Assembly (NCBI GenBank): GCA_051362555.1
Contig: CM120648.1
Span: 10,040,587-10,104,586 of the forward strand
DNA length: 64,000 nucleotides
Source of the DNA: Lingula anatina
Taxonomy: Eukaryota > Animalia > Brachiopoda
Direction: 5' to 3'
Shown one piece after another: positions 13,189 to 26,210 of the stretch; position 1 is the first letter of the stretch; every line of letters starts with the position of its first letter. Below the pieces are notes generated by a model. It had not been told where the DNA came from, ran no database searches, and saw only the letters and a program-made list of their open reading frames with translations. Position numbers and translations under genes: made by a program.

Positions 13189-13430
13189 GATACCATTCCA
13201 ACAGATATTTGGATCGATCTTTCTCCCTGGAGAGTCTCACTAAATTGCTGTCAACTTGACAGGGTTAAGTGTCTGTCACGCCTAGTAAAGCTTCCAGAGA
13301 GTAATAATCTTTATCCCTAGTTGAGTCGGTAGGTGTGACAGACATTTAAGCCGGTTAGTTGACAGCAATTTGTTGAGACTCCCTAGGGAGTTAGATCGAT
13401 CCAGATGATTTGATCTAGGCATGGGCACCC
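13189..13430. mobile_element. Foldback derivative of M1 MITE upstream of unit B promoter
   Basis: About 75-bp imperfect inverted arms (about 13211-13285 vs 13328-13402), both from the same M1 end. Absent at the paralogous site near 25990. Confidence 0.6.
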
Positions 13431-13489
13431 AGTCTTAGTTATCAGCCAAGTTGGGTTAATTTATCACCGAGTTGGGTTAATTTATCACC

Positions 13490-13694
13490 TGGCCTACTTT
13501 TGCTCACGTACACGCTGCTGCAGCACGTCATAGAACATGTTTGTTTATCCAGTAAGATCGATATCACCGCACAGTCTTATAGGTATTAAGTAGACAAGAC
13601 ACTGATTGGCTTCGAGTTACGTTGATTGACAGTCAGTGATCAGTGGTCCCCGGGTAGTGTCAGTTTCAAACTCTGACGATTGAGTAATAGGCAG
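13490..13694 (+). promoter_or_regulatory. Type-A promoter and non-coding exon 1 of unit B
   Basis: Paralog of 9050-9247. CTGATTGGCT at 13602-13611, Inr-like TCAGTT, donor CAG|gtaagt at 13695. Confidence 0.55.
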
Positions 13695-14564
13695 GTAAGT
13701 TTGGAATGCTAAAAATATGAACAATTGATGGGTATTTTCAAGGTTTAAATACTTATAATGTTTTAATTCGTATATCGAGATCCACCAAACCCCACTTGAG
13801 CCGATTATTCTTTCTTAGTGTACAAGAATGACACATTCAACTGTTTTAAAAGCACTTTCATTTTCGGTATTGATCACGTCTAAATATGTAAGGGGAAATT
13901 CATGGATGTATAACAGCACTAAAACCAATGAAAAGCCGTAAATCATAGAGTTTGCTGTAGATCTTTGTTCTGTGAGTTTGCATGAGGTCTACGACCAATG
14001 AAGACTTGACTTATAAGAAACATGTAACGCTCTTCAAAATGTCTCCGTCTGTTTTTCACACGCAGAATGCCTGTTGTTCTATTCAGGAAAAATGATAGTG
14101 TTTATTTGTGCTTTCAGATAAACACATCACACCAGCTGGATCGATCAAACTCTGCAGGGATGAACACTTCAGTGGAGTCAATGAAACCAGCTTTAGTGTC
14201 AGACACACCTCTTCACAAGCAGTGAATGGGTAATTAACTTTCGTGCGCGATTTCTCTCGAGGACGCGTATCGGACAAATAAACTGATTACGCTGGATGCA
14301 TTTTAGCAAGAATTGTGTCGATCCAGATAGTACGATGGAATAATCTGAACGCCGTCCATATGAGTCACCTGGTTTAAACTGATTTGTTTTGCATGTTGCT
14401 CTATATGCAAGAATGCAATTCGCATGATTCTTGTGACAATTTCTTTCCACTTTTCATTAGAATTTCTCGTTCATTGTACACATTTTAAAATATCACGTAA
14501 GGGGAATGGTGTTCGTGGATAATAAGTTTTGTTGTTTTTACTTTTAGGTGCTCTTAGTGTCGGT

Positions 14565-14880
14565 ATGGCATCTCCAAACACTACAGATAGTGAAGAATCA
14601 GTAGGAGAGATAGACATTGCTCAGGATGAATCTCTAGAGTTAAGTGAAAATTTCGAAAACGAGTGTCGCCAGCATGTTCGAAGCGCCGTAACCTGGCCAA
14701 ACAGAACAGATATAGAGGGAAAAGTAGGAGAAATAGACTTTGACCAGGATGAGGTTTTGCAGTTGAGTAGAGAGTTGGAAATCGAGCTTCGTGAGCTTGT
14801 TGAAAGCGCCGAAGAAGCCTCCAAAAATCTGCATCGTCTTGCCGACGAAATTGACGAGCATTTCAAAAAATGTAACAAAG
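14565..14880 (+). CDS. APOL-like gene B, coding exon 1 (with 123-nt internal duplication)
   Basis: ATG 14565 after acceptor ttttag (14547). Ends LHRLADEIDEHFKKCNK-G|gtaaaa. Confidence 0.8.
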
Positions 14881-16536
14881 GTAAAATATCTTAGTTATTA
14901 TTATTATTGTTATTATTATTATTCGTGGTTTCTTAGCTCCCTTATATTGTTCCCATAGTAATATAATGATCCTACGTTTTGGCAATTTATTGCGGCCATC
15001 ATATCAAGTCTTTCTCTTATCCTCGTTTAAGGTCACAGGTATTTTTTTCATTAGATATTCTATTGCTGTGCTGTGACCCTGTTCTGTTATCTCATAAATA
15101 CTAACTTGGTAATTTTTGAAGGACAAAAGCCACATAAAATAGTTTACTAAACTTACATATTAAAAACCTGGATTTGCTCGGGAACATATACAAAAAGTTG
15201 TGAGCAGTTTAAAGCTGTCTCTCATGATAATGCAAGTACTGGCTCCCACCATTATTGCCTGATTAGCTGTACCTGATCATGGCGGTCACTCTAATGGCCA
15301 ATGAAAATTAAAAAAAAAATCGACTTAATATACCACATTATTTCATAAAAGTAAAATGCTCAAAACAGACCCAGTGATTAAAACGCCTTTGTGTGTTAGG
15401 CTGATTTAAAACTTTCTATTTTAAAAATTCTAATGACATTACCAATATTATTTCGTAAAAGTGTAGACCTCAAAACAGGCCCAGTGATTAAAAGGTCTTT
15501 GTGTTTGCCACCTAGCAAATATAATTGCGCTTGGCTGAAGGTCTGGTTTGTCTCTTTGTTACAGTAGATATTGAATTATTAAATAATTATCATGCATTTA
15601 GTTGTAAAACCATTTCGATATATCATTGTAACAAATCAATTTCATAAATGGTGAGCCAGTGTGAGTATCTTTAAGCCATTTAAGGCAAAATTTAAGAATA
15701 TATTAAACAAGGAATGGTTTTTGTGCCTCCGTTTCTTAAATAAATCTAGCGGCACTGCCCCATGCAAAAGTCATGCTGTAGAAAAGTTGGTATATTTAAT
15801 CTGAGATAGTGGGTACGTTTCCGTTGACCAATCTCAAATTTGTACCTCGTAAATGTTTTCCTAAAATTTAGATTCCGAAATCTGTTTGCGGTCACAGGGC
15901 AGCTTGCATACTACATGTTATCAAATATAGTCAAACTTAGAGGGGAGGCGTTAACAAAACAGAATGAATGTAATTATTTGGCAACCTTTTCAAAGATAAA
16001 GTAAATACAAGCAGAGCCAACAGAGGTCATTTTCAAACTGATAGTCATACTTGAACAACATGCTAGGGACCAGTGTATTTTGAGAGATTAGCAATTTAAT
16101 TTACTTTTTAAAATAAAACAAATTAACCTTAAAGGGAGCCGTTCACGAATGGATCAAGAGATGAAAATGTAGCCAACAAAGGCCATCTTCACACCGAGTT
16201 ACTTATGACAACAACATACCGGTACATTTTGAGAGTTTAGCAACTTAATTGTTAACATGTAACAAAATCACCTTTACGTGGGTGGGAAGGGGGTGAAAGG
16301 CGTCCGGTCTTTTAGGAGATAAGTTGACTCGCGTGAACCAAAATAGCAACACTTATGGCCCAAAACCTTTGCACAAATTGTGTACCAAAACTTTGAAATA
16401 CATCTGACAACATTTGGCTTTTGTAGGTGTTTAGATGAGTAGTAAATCAGGATAATTAATGTACAGAAATAAAATATTTCACACCATAAAAGTTGAGACC
16501 TGTAATGTTTCAAGATTTTTTTAATCAAATTTTCAG

Positions 16537-17185
16537 GAAAAATTGCTGGGTCTGCAGCTTCCCTGGCGGGGTTCCCACTTATTGCTGTAGGTTTTGGTTT
16601 ATCATTTGTGACATTTGGAGCGTCGCTTGGTCTCTCTCTATTGCCGGTGCTGTACTGAGTGGCGCAGGGGGCATCACGGCCGCCGGTTCGGGTTTAGCTG
16701 AACATTTTATCACCAGAGCCAGGTGCAGAGCGGCACAGGAGGCAGTTAATGATGTCAAAGCGAGGGCCGAAGCATATAATGAGAGTCTAGAAAGACTTAA
16801 AGGGATGTTCCTATCTTCAAATGCTGCAGCTGCAGCTGCAGATTCAAGTTCGTTGCTGTCAAAAGTAGCGGGCAGTGTCGGGATATCAGTCATAAGTGGC
16901 ATCAGGGTCACTTTGGGCGTTGCAGACGACGCTGCCGCAACTGTTTTTAGAGGGCTGGGAACAGGGCTTCGAGTTCTGCACATAGGAGGATTTGTAATGA
17001 GCGCATTGGTGGTGCCCTATGATATTTACACCTTAGCGACGTCCTCCGTCAAGGAGCACCGCAAGACCGGTTCTAAACAAGCCAATAATATCAGAGAACT
17101 AGCCCGAGAAATACATGGCTTGGCTCAGAGAGGGAAAGAAATTCTAAACCCTGAAGACACAGGATGGCTGAACTTGATCAGCTAG
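16537..17185 (+). pseudogene. APOL-like gene B, last exon, frameshifted as assembled
   Basis: Acceptor tttcag|GA. An extra CT in ggtctctctctatt (16629-16642) relative to paralogs (ggtctctccat) gives TGA at 16656-16658. The downstream APOL frame is intact to 17185. Confidence 0.8.
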
Positions 17186-17778
17186 GATACGACACTTAAC
17201 CCGAACACAGTCATGGTCTTGTCTTTGATATGATTTACAAGAAATGCCAACATTGACAAAAGTACATAAAATTGATTTCTCAAAACTCGTTGAAAAAATA
17301 AGCGACCTTGACGACAGTGACTTAATACTGTTTTAAAATTATGGAGGACTGACTAACTGAACCACAATTTAAGGGATTGATCTAAAAATTGTATTGTAAA
17401 ATGCCCAATAATTGAATAGTTACCATTGGACAGCAGCGAATCATTTTATCTATAAATTGTTGACTTCGTATGACCAGTATAATGGAAATTATTGCTTCTT
17501 CTCGCGGGTTGCAATTTTTTTAAATAAAATTGTATATTAGTATTATTGCCTTTGGTCTCTTTTGTCAAACTGGTGAAGCGGACGCGCTGAAAACAATAAC
17601 TATGGCTTAAAAAATATAATTTGTTTTACCAACACGCGCTCCTTGGGAAAACATAGAAACATTAATGCAATTAGAAGGAAAAAATAGCAACCATGATCTT
17701 AACGTTCTCACTGATCACATCACGAATTTATCTCAGCTAGATAAAAGGTCGTAAAAGTCGATAAAAAGACAACGTGCA

Positions 17779-18236
17779 TGTTAGGTTTGAGCCCCTACTA
17801 TAATGTGTTTGTTGTGATTGTGGTCGGCTTGTGTCGTGGATGTTCGTTTGTGTCCGAGGATGCCACGTGTTTGAAGACAGCGTCCCATTAACCATTTGCA
17901 CTTGCACCTGAAGGTCAGGCGGACGTTGCAGGCTGGAATAGTTGAAATAATAGTTCTAGTACTTTTGCAGGTAAGTGTAATTATATCAAAGCAACTACCA
18001 ATCCACGGTTTAAACTTCACATTTCTAAATTTATATATTTACTTATTAATGGTGTTTTTGGCATTGCTTATTATATTAAACTCTTATGTTTTTTTCTCTT
18101 TGTCTCCCATGTCTTTCGTCTTACTTTGTTTAAATTTTCTTTATATTGTTGTTTAAAATTGATTTGTATATAAAATTTTTGCAGATATTTGTATGAGAAT
18201 AACCCAATATCAAACCCAAGCTATCGTTCTTTTACA
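17779..18236. mobile_element. Probable solo LTR
   Basis: TG...CA termini with a TGCA duplication (17775-17778, 18237-18240). Absent from the paralogous 3' flank near 12295. Confidence 0.55.
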
Positions 18237-18839
18237 TGCACATAAAAATGTACCAGTTTTAAAATCACAAGTATCAAAAACATGACAAGACTCTACCTAT
18301 AAATAAATCGACCATTTTCCTTTAAACCCATAATATGTTTCATCTATCTCGATGCATAACAGCAGTGCTTTTGGTCTTAAAATTTGGTCCTTTTTAAACT
18401 TTATCTGTTACTTTATCCAACACATCTGACTGCCCCTGGTCCTGGATAAATATGCAGTAGTTACAAGGTTTCTTTCTAATATACCTCAATTTTGACCCCA
18501 GCAACACATAAGAAATATGTTACTTTTGTAGTATACCCCCCACCCTGTAACTTTCACTTTTCAAATAGTTTTTTTACAGTTTTGTACATTTTCCTGTTCA
18601 TCTATGTCAAAATTGTTTAAATAAAATGTTTTTTTTTTAATTACCTGTGGTCTTTTTCGAGTTTTAACCACGTTTAATCCAGCCCATCGCATATGGCCAA
18701 TGGTAAAGGTTGATTGAATACTGTTCAAGCGAGCTGAACCTCCGCAACAAGTATTTAGCAAAATTGGCCAAATTGGTCTGACATCACTGACGAATTTGGC
18801 GGGTGATGACCAGCGCACGTGGATAAGTTTACTCCCTAC

Positions 18840-19870
18840 ATTATTTAGAAGACAGCAGTCTGACAGTCCCCCAAAGCGCTTTGTGAGAATTAAAATACAT
18901 TAGACCCAGCCAAGAGTTGTACTATAGTAATTATAAGTACTATAGTACTTATAAGCAGCCTCCACTCCACCTACAACCCTCGACTGCAATCTAGATGCGC
19001 CCGTAACGCTGAGACATGGGAGGGGGAACAGCCAGAGACCAGTCCACTTCCCAGCCCAACCCCCTAGATGACAAATACAAGTTGGGTTCAGCAGAAAAGG
19101 TAGTCAATAAAGTAGTGTCAGAACGTATACAGCCGAGTGAGCTGGCTCTGTGCTTTAATTGGGACAAGAAGGGCTAGTGGGCAGCGGCGTGGTCTGTGGG
19201 ACTGAAATGTGGCACGTGCGTGTCAGCAGAGGACAGGCAAGCAGAAACTATACAATGAAATCCAAAGCGAGGAGAGGGACTTGATATTACGGTGAATGCA
19301 GTCTTGGAAGTAGGTCTGTCACAGAATGTGATCTCAAACACGGCGATGAGCCAGATTTTAACAGCAAGCAACGTAACCCATGCAGAAAAAAGCAAACAAG
19401 GTCAGTGCAGCAATAACAGAGTTGAACAGAGCTGACATGCTCAAATTTAATGCCGTGAAAACTTACACCGCATTCAGGAACTCATGATGTGCAGGACAGC
19501 CCATAGCAGTGGAAGGCGACGGGAGATAGAATAACAGCTTGTTCAACAATGGCTGCAAGGCTCCATACCAGGCGGCCACACTGACTGTGTTACACTGTAG
19601 CAGAGAATGTGACAACCCAGAAGAACTTTATTCATGTTTACACTAGTAACAAGCTCTGCCATACTGCTCACCTGCTCAGAAGTAGAGGGAAAGATATCTC
19701 TTGTCCAGATCACAGTGGTCTTCACAGCAAATCGGCAAGAGGGAGGCAGCATCGGAGGCGATCAACGTGCTATGTGGCATATTCTCCATGAAGTATCTGG
19801 AGATGTCGAAGTTGGCGCCTTGATTATGACTAGTGGGGACAGCCGGCCGCTTCTACTCTGCACGTGACAA
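18840..19870 (-). mobile_element. Highly degenerate coding-like TE relic, possibly DIRS/Ngaro tyrosine-recombinase region
   Basis: GC-richer island with stop-riddled frames. Fragments LTLFAFFCM, SKT and RWS..AYK only loosely resemble YR motifs. Confidence 0.3.
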
Positions 19871-21489
19871 TAATATTGAAATTCTACGGAACTAAGGAAA
19901 ACAAAATACACAAGATACGAAATGCAGAAACGATTTGATCACTGTATATCAATGCGGTGTTATTTTGAATTAAACATTGTTTTAAAGCAAAGAAAGGGAA
20001 CATAGAGTTGATAAAAGATGCACTGAAGTATGTGATTGACAGCATAATAATGCCTGTATTTTAAAGCGATACATACGTCTATAGCAGCAATAAATAGGCT
20101 ACTGGGGTATTTGGTTTATTCTGCCCTTCATTGATTTCCTCGTGCTTTCATTTATTTATTTATTTAATTTTGGAGGAGTAAGAGGGTAATATTATTAAAT
20201 AACCCTCATTACATGAAACAAAACATGTGACAGTGTTAATGAGGGTCCCGTGTAACTGGGATTCAACATTTGAAAATCTCACAGCGAGGATTGACAGAAA
20301 TTCATAACTTTTGGAAGAACAATTCAAACAAAATCACCTTGCTCTGCTCAGGAGTCAGCGGATTCCACTCATAGACATTCGCTTATTCCAGTCAAAAAAT
20401 ACATTCATCTGTAGAGAGGGCGGCAGAATGGACCATCCAGCTTGACTTTTATCATATGTATTATCTATTTCATCTTGCTGATTCATCTATTATATCAGTT
20501 TCGCCCCTCGTTTATATAAAACAAGACATGAAACCATGAAAACCGTGCCAACTTATCACCACTCTTACTAGATATGTGAGAGGCATTTTTGTGAAAGAGG
20601 GAAGGTTGCTAATGGCCAATCACTAGGGCAACTTGGGCAGGCTGCCTTGACAAGAATGATCGACTGGTATCTTTAATTGGCAGGGAAACAGACACGGAAA
20701 CCCACGCACAAACACCCATGCACACGGTTTTGTTATCGCCCCTGTCATATCTTTACCGCGTGGGGAGTTGAGATATTAAGTACATAGAATTGAGCCATTT
20801 AATAATAATTAAAGTATAGCAAGTCATATCACCATACAGTATCCACTTCACTATGTTGGCTATCAAACCACATGACATTATCTAGACATACAATTGATAA
20901 ACAAGAAAATGCACTTATTACAAATTTGCTACAAAATGTATATACCTTAAGTGCAATAAATGGAATGATATCTTCTATCTGCGTATGTTCCCCTGCCGAT
21001 ATTTGATAGTAAAACACATATTTGTTTTTATCTGTATTAGATCATATTATTTATTAAGTATTATTAAGTATTTTACTATTAGGTTATCAATATATCGTTG
21101 TTGACATATATATTAAATGACACAGTAACTATATATATATATATATTGCAAATGACTGAGTGTCTCTTTGTGAGTGAGTGAGTGAGAGAGTGAGTGTGAT
21201 TTTTATTTAGTTATTTATAAATTTTATATTTTTTGCTGAAATCTGTACTTATTTGAGATTTGCAATAAAAAAAAAAAAAATAAGTTTGCACTTTGATTGG
21301 ACCAGTCTTTTAAGTAAAGAATATATAACGTGAATTTTTTTAAAGCTTATAACTTTCCTCCGATATGGCTAAAAAATAATGTGTTGGTATACCCGGTCGT
21401 TTAATAAACAGTATAAAAACTTCTTTGGAAGGTTAGTGTTAATTTTATGGAATTATTTTTCAAAGTTAAGATACTATTGACACCCCAGA

Positions 21490-22290
21490 ACACCTTGGGG
21501 TGTTCTCTTTTTGCTCATGTATAGGGCTCGTTTGTTTTTCCAGGAAAGTCACCGCCCAGGTTTGGGCGTAAAAAGAATACAATGTGCTGATTGGCTTTCA
21601 GCCATGTTGATTGACAGTCAGTGATAAGTGGTCCCTGGGAAATGTCAGTTTCGGACTCTGACGGTCGAGAAGTAGGCATGCAAGTTTGAAATACAGCAAT
21701 ACGAACTGTATCACTTTTGGCTTGCATTTTTGAAAGTACAAATACTAATAATGTTTTGATTCGATTTCAAGATCCACCTAACCCCACGTGATACGATCAT
21801 TCTGTTTCTGGTCAAAAGAATGATGCATTCTACTGTTACTTTCGTTTTCGGTATCTGTCACGCCTATATGTTGGGAGGAAAATTCATTGCTGTTTGAGAG
21901 ACCTGCAACGTTCCCCAAAAGAAGCCCATCTGTTTTTCCCGCACAACATAGCTGATGTTCTATACAGATTAGATCTATGATAATGACCGTTATCGTTCAG
22001 ATAAACCTATCGCATCAGCTGGAGTCTGAACGTGATGTATATGTTTCGCCTGATTAAAACAGATTGATTTCCTTATAATTGAAACTTTGCTTTATGTGTA
22101 ATTATGCCACTTACGTGAATCATACGACAAGGCCACTTTTTTTGCATATTACAAAAGGCAGAAGTGCGAAAAGGAGTGTTGCAAAAATGTGATGTATTTA
22201 ATATTCTCGTTCATTGCTCATTGCTTGGTATGTTGCCGGCGGTATGACAATTGGCCTCGAGCTCTGAGGAATGTAAACCATTCATATTAC
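21490..22290 (+). pseudogene. APOL-like unit C: promoter, exon 1 and intron 1 fused to 3' flank, CDS deleted
   Basis: Type-A promoter (TTCCAGGAA 21538-21546, CCAAT 21587-21596) with the donor mutated to catgcaagt. The intron-1 motif ttctcgttcattgc runs directly into the 3'-flank motif ctcgagctctga..aatgtaaaccatt. Confidence 0.7.
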
Positions 22291-22492
22291 CAGTTTAAGA
22301 AATATATATTGCTTTATCTTGCGGGTTTTTTCGACAAATTAAAATTCTGTCATTTTTAACTTTTCCTGTTTCTTTATCCACCACAACTATCAGTGGTCCT
22401 GGAAAAATATGCATTTATTACACCCTAGCATACTAGTAGCCCCAATATTCACCCTAGCAACACAGATACACACTAGAAATGTTAGAAAAAAA

Positions 22493-25155
22493 CAGCCCGG
22501 GAGCCACTGAGCTGCCGCTAGGGGGACTTTAGAGAAACCGGAAGTTTACGTAATTTAAATTGACCAAAATTTCGAGTATTCAGAGGGTATCAAAAAGGGT
22601 GAAATATCTCAGCTATTAAGGTACCAAATGCATCATTATTTATATTCACATTTTTAAAAATAAATTTCAAATAAGCTGAGATGCACCTTGAGTTGATCCA
22701 AAGTCGCTTTTGTGTAAAAAAGTGAGTTTGAAATTAAAAATTTGTGAAAGCAATTACGCAAGTCCAACTTTAACGCCGATGTTTGTACTTATAGAGGTCT
22801 CTCCGGATTTTAGAATTTACGAAAAAATGTGAAGAATTTATTCAGCTTTTTGCTATAGTAAGCATGTCAAGGGGCATTTGTTCAGCTGAAAGTGTCTCGA
22901 TTCAAACCACACTCGAGTGCCGTCAAAAAATTGATCTCGCAATATCCGTACATCAGCCTCGTTTCGAGTTCTAATATTCTTTAGTTACCCAGTCTCGTTT
23001 TGGCCTTTTCCTTTAGTGCACACACAAACACGTATGTATTGAAAATGTGCAGATTTGATTATCGAATATATTATAGTCTGGTGCTGGGAAGAAGAGGCAA
23101 AAAAAAAAAAAAAAAAAAAAAAAAATGAAAAAGAAAAAAAAAAACAGAATATGTTGGAATGGCCCGACTATCACTCAGATTTTACTGGTTGTTCTTTTTT
23201 CAATGCTATTAGTTTTTTTTTGTATTAGAGAATACTACATTACCAACTTGCATGCACCATATCAATTTTTTCATCAATACATAAAATTTAACAACAAATG
23301 AAGAACCAGTATTATATTTCATTAATTATTTTTGCTTTTATTATTCTAACATTCAAGCTACTTGTATATCATCTGCAATACAACCACAGAAAATATCAGT
23401 TTTTATTGTTTTTAAATTTACTACATGCATTGTAATGATTATAATTTTCACTACTCATAATGAATCAGTGCAAATTTACATTGCAATTCATAATTGTTAA
23501 GCCAATGAACAGACAGATTCCTTTTGAAAGGGCAATTCTTAAATTTTAACATATGATATAATTTGATTAATTTTCACAAGGTTAGCTTTTTTTTTGCTAC
23601 CAAGTCATATTCCAATCCATCTTTGCATTTGATTTTACTCAATTGTTTTATTTCTAAGTTAAGTTTTGTCCAATTGCCAATGACAAACTACATGTACATT
23701 ACACCATGAATGCATATTCTTGATTTTACTGATTATCTACTAGTATACAGATAATATTAGCAACAGCTACAGTCAGTGTTTTCCTCTTAGGAAAATTAGT
23801 TGCTGGACCGAAAGTCGAGCCATCTTGAAAAGTAGCTGGACTGAATGTCTGCTGGGTGGGAAAACTTCTCAGCCCGTTCTGAAAGTTGTCAGCCCCGGGC
23901 AGACGGTCCAGCCTTAATTTCTAACACTGGCTACAGTCAAGAAAAATATGTAATCCCTTTAAAGTATGTCATAAGTTGAGGTGGTGCTCTATGTCACACA
24001 GCATCAGAAATGATGGGTATGTCTGGGACGGCTTCTATCTGTCATGACTCATGAGGATTGCAGATCAAGGTATGGCAAAAGGATTCATCCTGGCCCCAGA
24101 CATGTTGTTCAAGCCTAATGAAATATACTGTACATATAGAAATGTGAATAAACCCATTTATCCCATTTACTAGTATTTAAAAGGTACATAAAAAAGTTGT
24201 TTTCTAGTGGTTTTCTTATCACACACACTCACATAAACTAAAATAGATGTTTAAATATATTTATTATATATATCATATATAATAATATATTAAAATATAT
24301 AAATAACCTTTGTAATAGCAAAACAGGTAGCAATTATAGTTGAATAGTATTACTGAGGGTAATCTAGACTCAAATTCAATCAGTATTGAAACATTTATTG
24401 ATTGTTCTTTCATAGTTCACAAACTTAAAAATCATATGTTTGTGCAAGTATATGCGTACTTGTGTATGGCAGAGAAAGAATGAGATGGCGACGCGCGTGT
24501 GCGCTCGCGCGTCAGTCAGCGTGTGACAGCAAGTATCTGCACACTGCCAACTCAAAATCACCTTTTTCTGCTTTTTTAAGCCCATGTCTAACAAAAACGG
24601 CATAAATATCTTACAATGACATTCATTCATTAATGACGAAACCAACGAAGCTGCTAGCTACCATTGACCCAATGATCTTTACGCTCAATATACACCTTGT
24701 TGGAAATGCTCAAAATCTATAAGACAGACGTTTCTCCGGATTCCAAAATTTTCATATGTGCAAAAATGATAATTTAGCTATCTAAAAATGTGAACAGAAA
24801 AAGAAAATACTTGTTCAGTTGCATTTGTCTCTATTCAAAAAAGCGTGTTTACGTCGGAGTTTTGTCTGACGCCATTTTGGTGCTGGCATCTAAAATCAGT
24901 GAAAACTCTGTAAAATACATGTGTCAACATTCTTTTGGTGTATACAATATAACTTAAGCATATAATATATCGTTCTGCCAAGTCTTTTTAAATACACCTC
25001 TACAGTCATTCTATAATCACCTTTTAATCTTACCCTATTCTATACCTCTGATTCCCGCCATATTTTCTCAAGGCGAAGCGGGCCTATTTGAAAACGAGGC
25101 TACTATCTAAGAATTGGGAAAATAACGGTCATATGGGCCAGTGGCTCCCCGGCTG
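22493..25155. mobile_element. 2.66-kb non-autonomous TIR DNA element
   Basis: 17-bp TIRs CAGCCCGGGAGCCACTG / CAGTGGCTCCCCGGCTG (1 mismatch), inserted in an A-run. Flanks are contiguous in the paralogous region near 12590-12630. No transposase ORF. Confidence 0.8.
23774..23929. mobile_element. hAT-like MITE nested in the 2.66-kb element
   Basis: CAGTGTT...AACACTG termini with an exact 8-bp TSD GCTACAGT (23766-23773, 23930-23937). Confidence 0.8.
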
Positions 25156-25281
25156 AAAAAAAAACACTATTTTTTCACAGCACTACATTTGTCTATAACA
25201 AGCAATGATAGGTCTGTTTGGTGGATTCTGCCCTTCAGAGAAACCACCCCTTTTTCATTATGACACTAAAATTTAATTTTA

Positions 25282-25507
25282 GGGTGCTTTCCCAGAGATT
25301 TAGATCGATCTAGAGATTAAGATTTAGATCGACCTAACTCCTTGGGGGTTCACGCTAAATTGCAGTCAGCCGAGCGGGCACCATAGTTAAATACCCCCTT
25401 ACAGCTTTTAGTAGGCGGGACAGACGCTTAAGCCGGCCAAACTGACAGTAATCTATTGAGACTCCCCACAGGGAGAGATCGATCTAAAAATCTATGGAAA
25501 TGGGGTG
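25282..25507 (-). mobile_element. M1 MITE copy 4
   Basis: TTA TSD (25279-25281, 25508-25510). Empty site in the paralog near 12720. Confidence 0.8.
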
Positions 25508-26009
25508 TTAGATTCAATGCCAACTGCCTCCCAATATGGCTGAGAACAGTCTTTCTTTGACCGAGCCGTGTCAAGATGAAAATGTGCTTCCTACATTGGT
25601 CACTTAGCCACCATTGAGATAGACACAATTTCAGTGGAAATACTTAAATGCAAATAATTGTGCCTTAATCTGTTTGATTTGTTGTGAGATTTGCACAATG
25701 ATGCAGGGTACCTGTGTAAACCTGGAATAAAAACATCAACTTCCGGTAGTTGTGATTAGTTTAAGTGCACTTTTGTGAGGAGTGATATAAGGGGAGTAGA
25801 AAATTACTGATACAAATTCTTTAAAATGTGTTAGAAATTACTCAAACCCAAGTGGAAGGCAAAATGTCATAACAGTTGTCTGCGTTTGCTTGTAAGCATG
25901 AAGTATATCAATCTCATGTTTTTACCTTCAGAACAATATACGCACTGAACAATGCAGCCAGATATCCTTTTATCTTATATATATATATAACTTTGTTATC
26001 ATCCCAGTT

Positions 26010-26210
26010 GGGTTATCACCTTAGGAAAGTTTACTTTGGCTCACGTACACCGCTGCTGAAACATGTCATAGAACATGTTTGTCTTTCCAGGAAGAGCGTC
26101 ACCCAGGCTTGTAGGTATAAAGAGGACAGGACGCTGTCAGTGATAGGTAGTTGCTGGGAATTAAGTGTCAGTTTCAAACTCTGACGGCTCTAACGACTTG
26201 AGCACAGGCG
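26010..26210 (+). promoter_or_regulatory. Truncated type-A promoter copy upstream of unit D
   Basis: Paralog of 13490-13690 with TTCCAGGAA at 26085-26093. The CCAAT segment and the exon-1 donor are missing. Confidence 0.45.

Noticed and set aside
14529-14564. Apparent signal peptide MLFLLLGALSVG before gene B (similar leaders in ORFs at 29214 and 48201)
   Set aside because: Starts at a non-ATG codon inside the intron polypyrimidine tract upstream of the acceptor, so it is not evidence of secretion.
16493-16630. Cys/Trp-rich N-terminus of the 230-aa ORF
   Set aside because: Wrong-frame translation of intron and exon sequence upstream of the 2-bp insertion.
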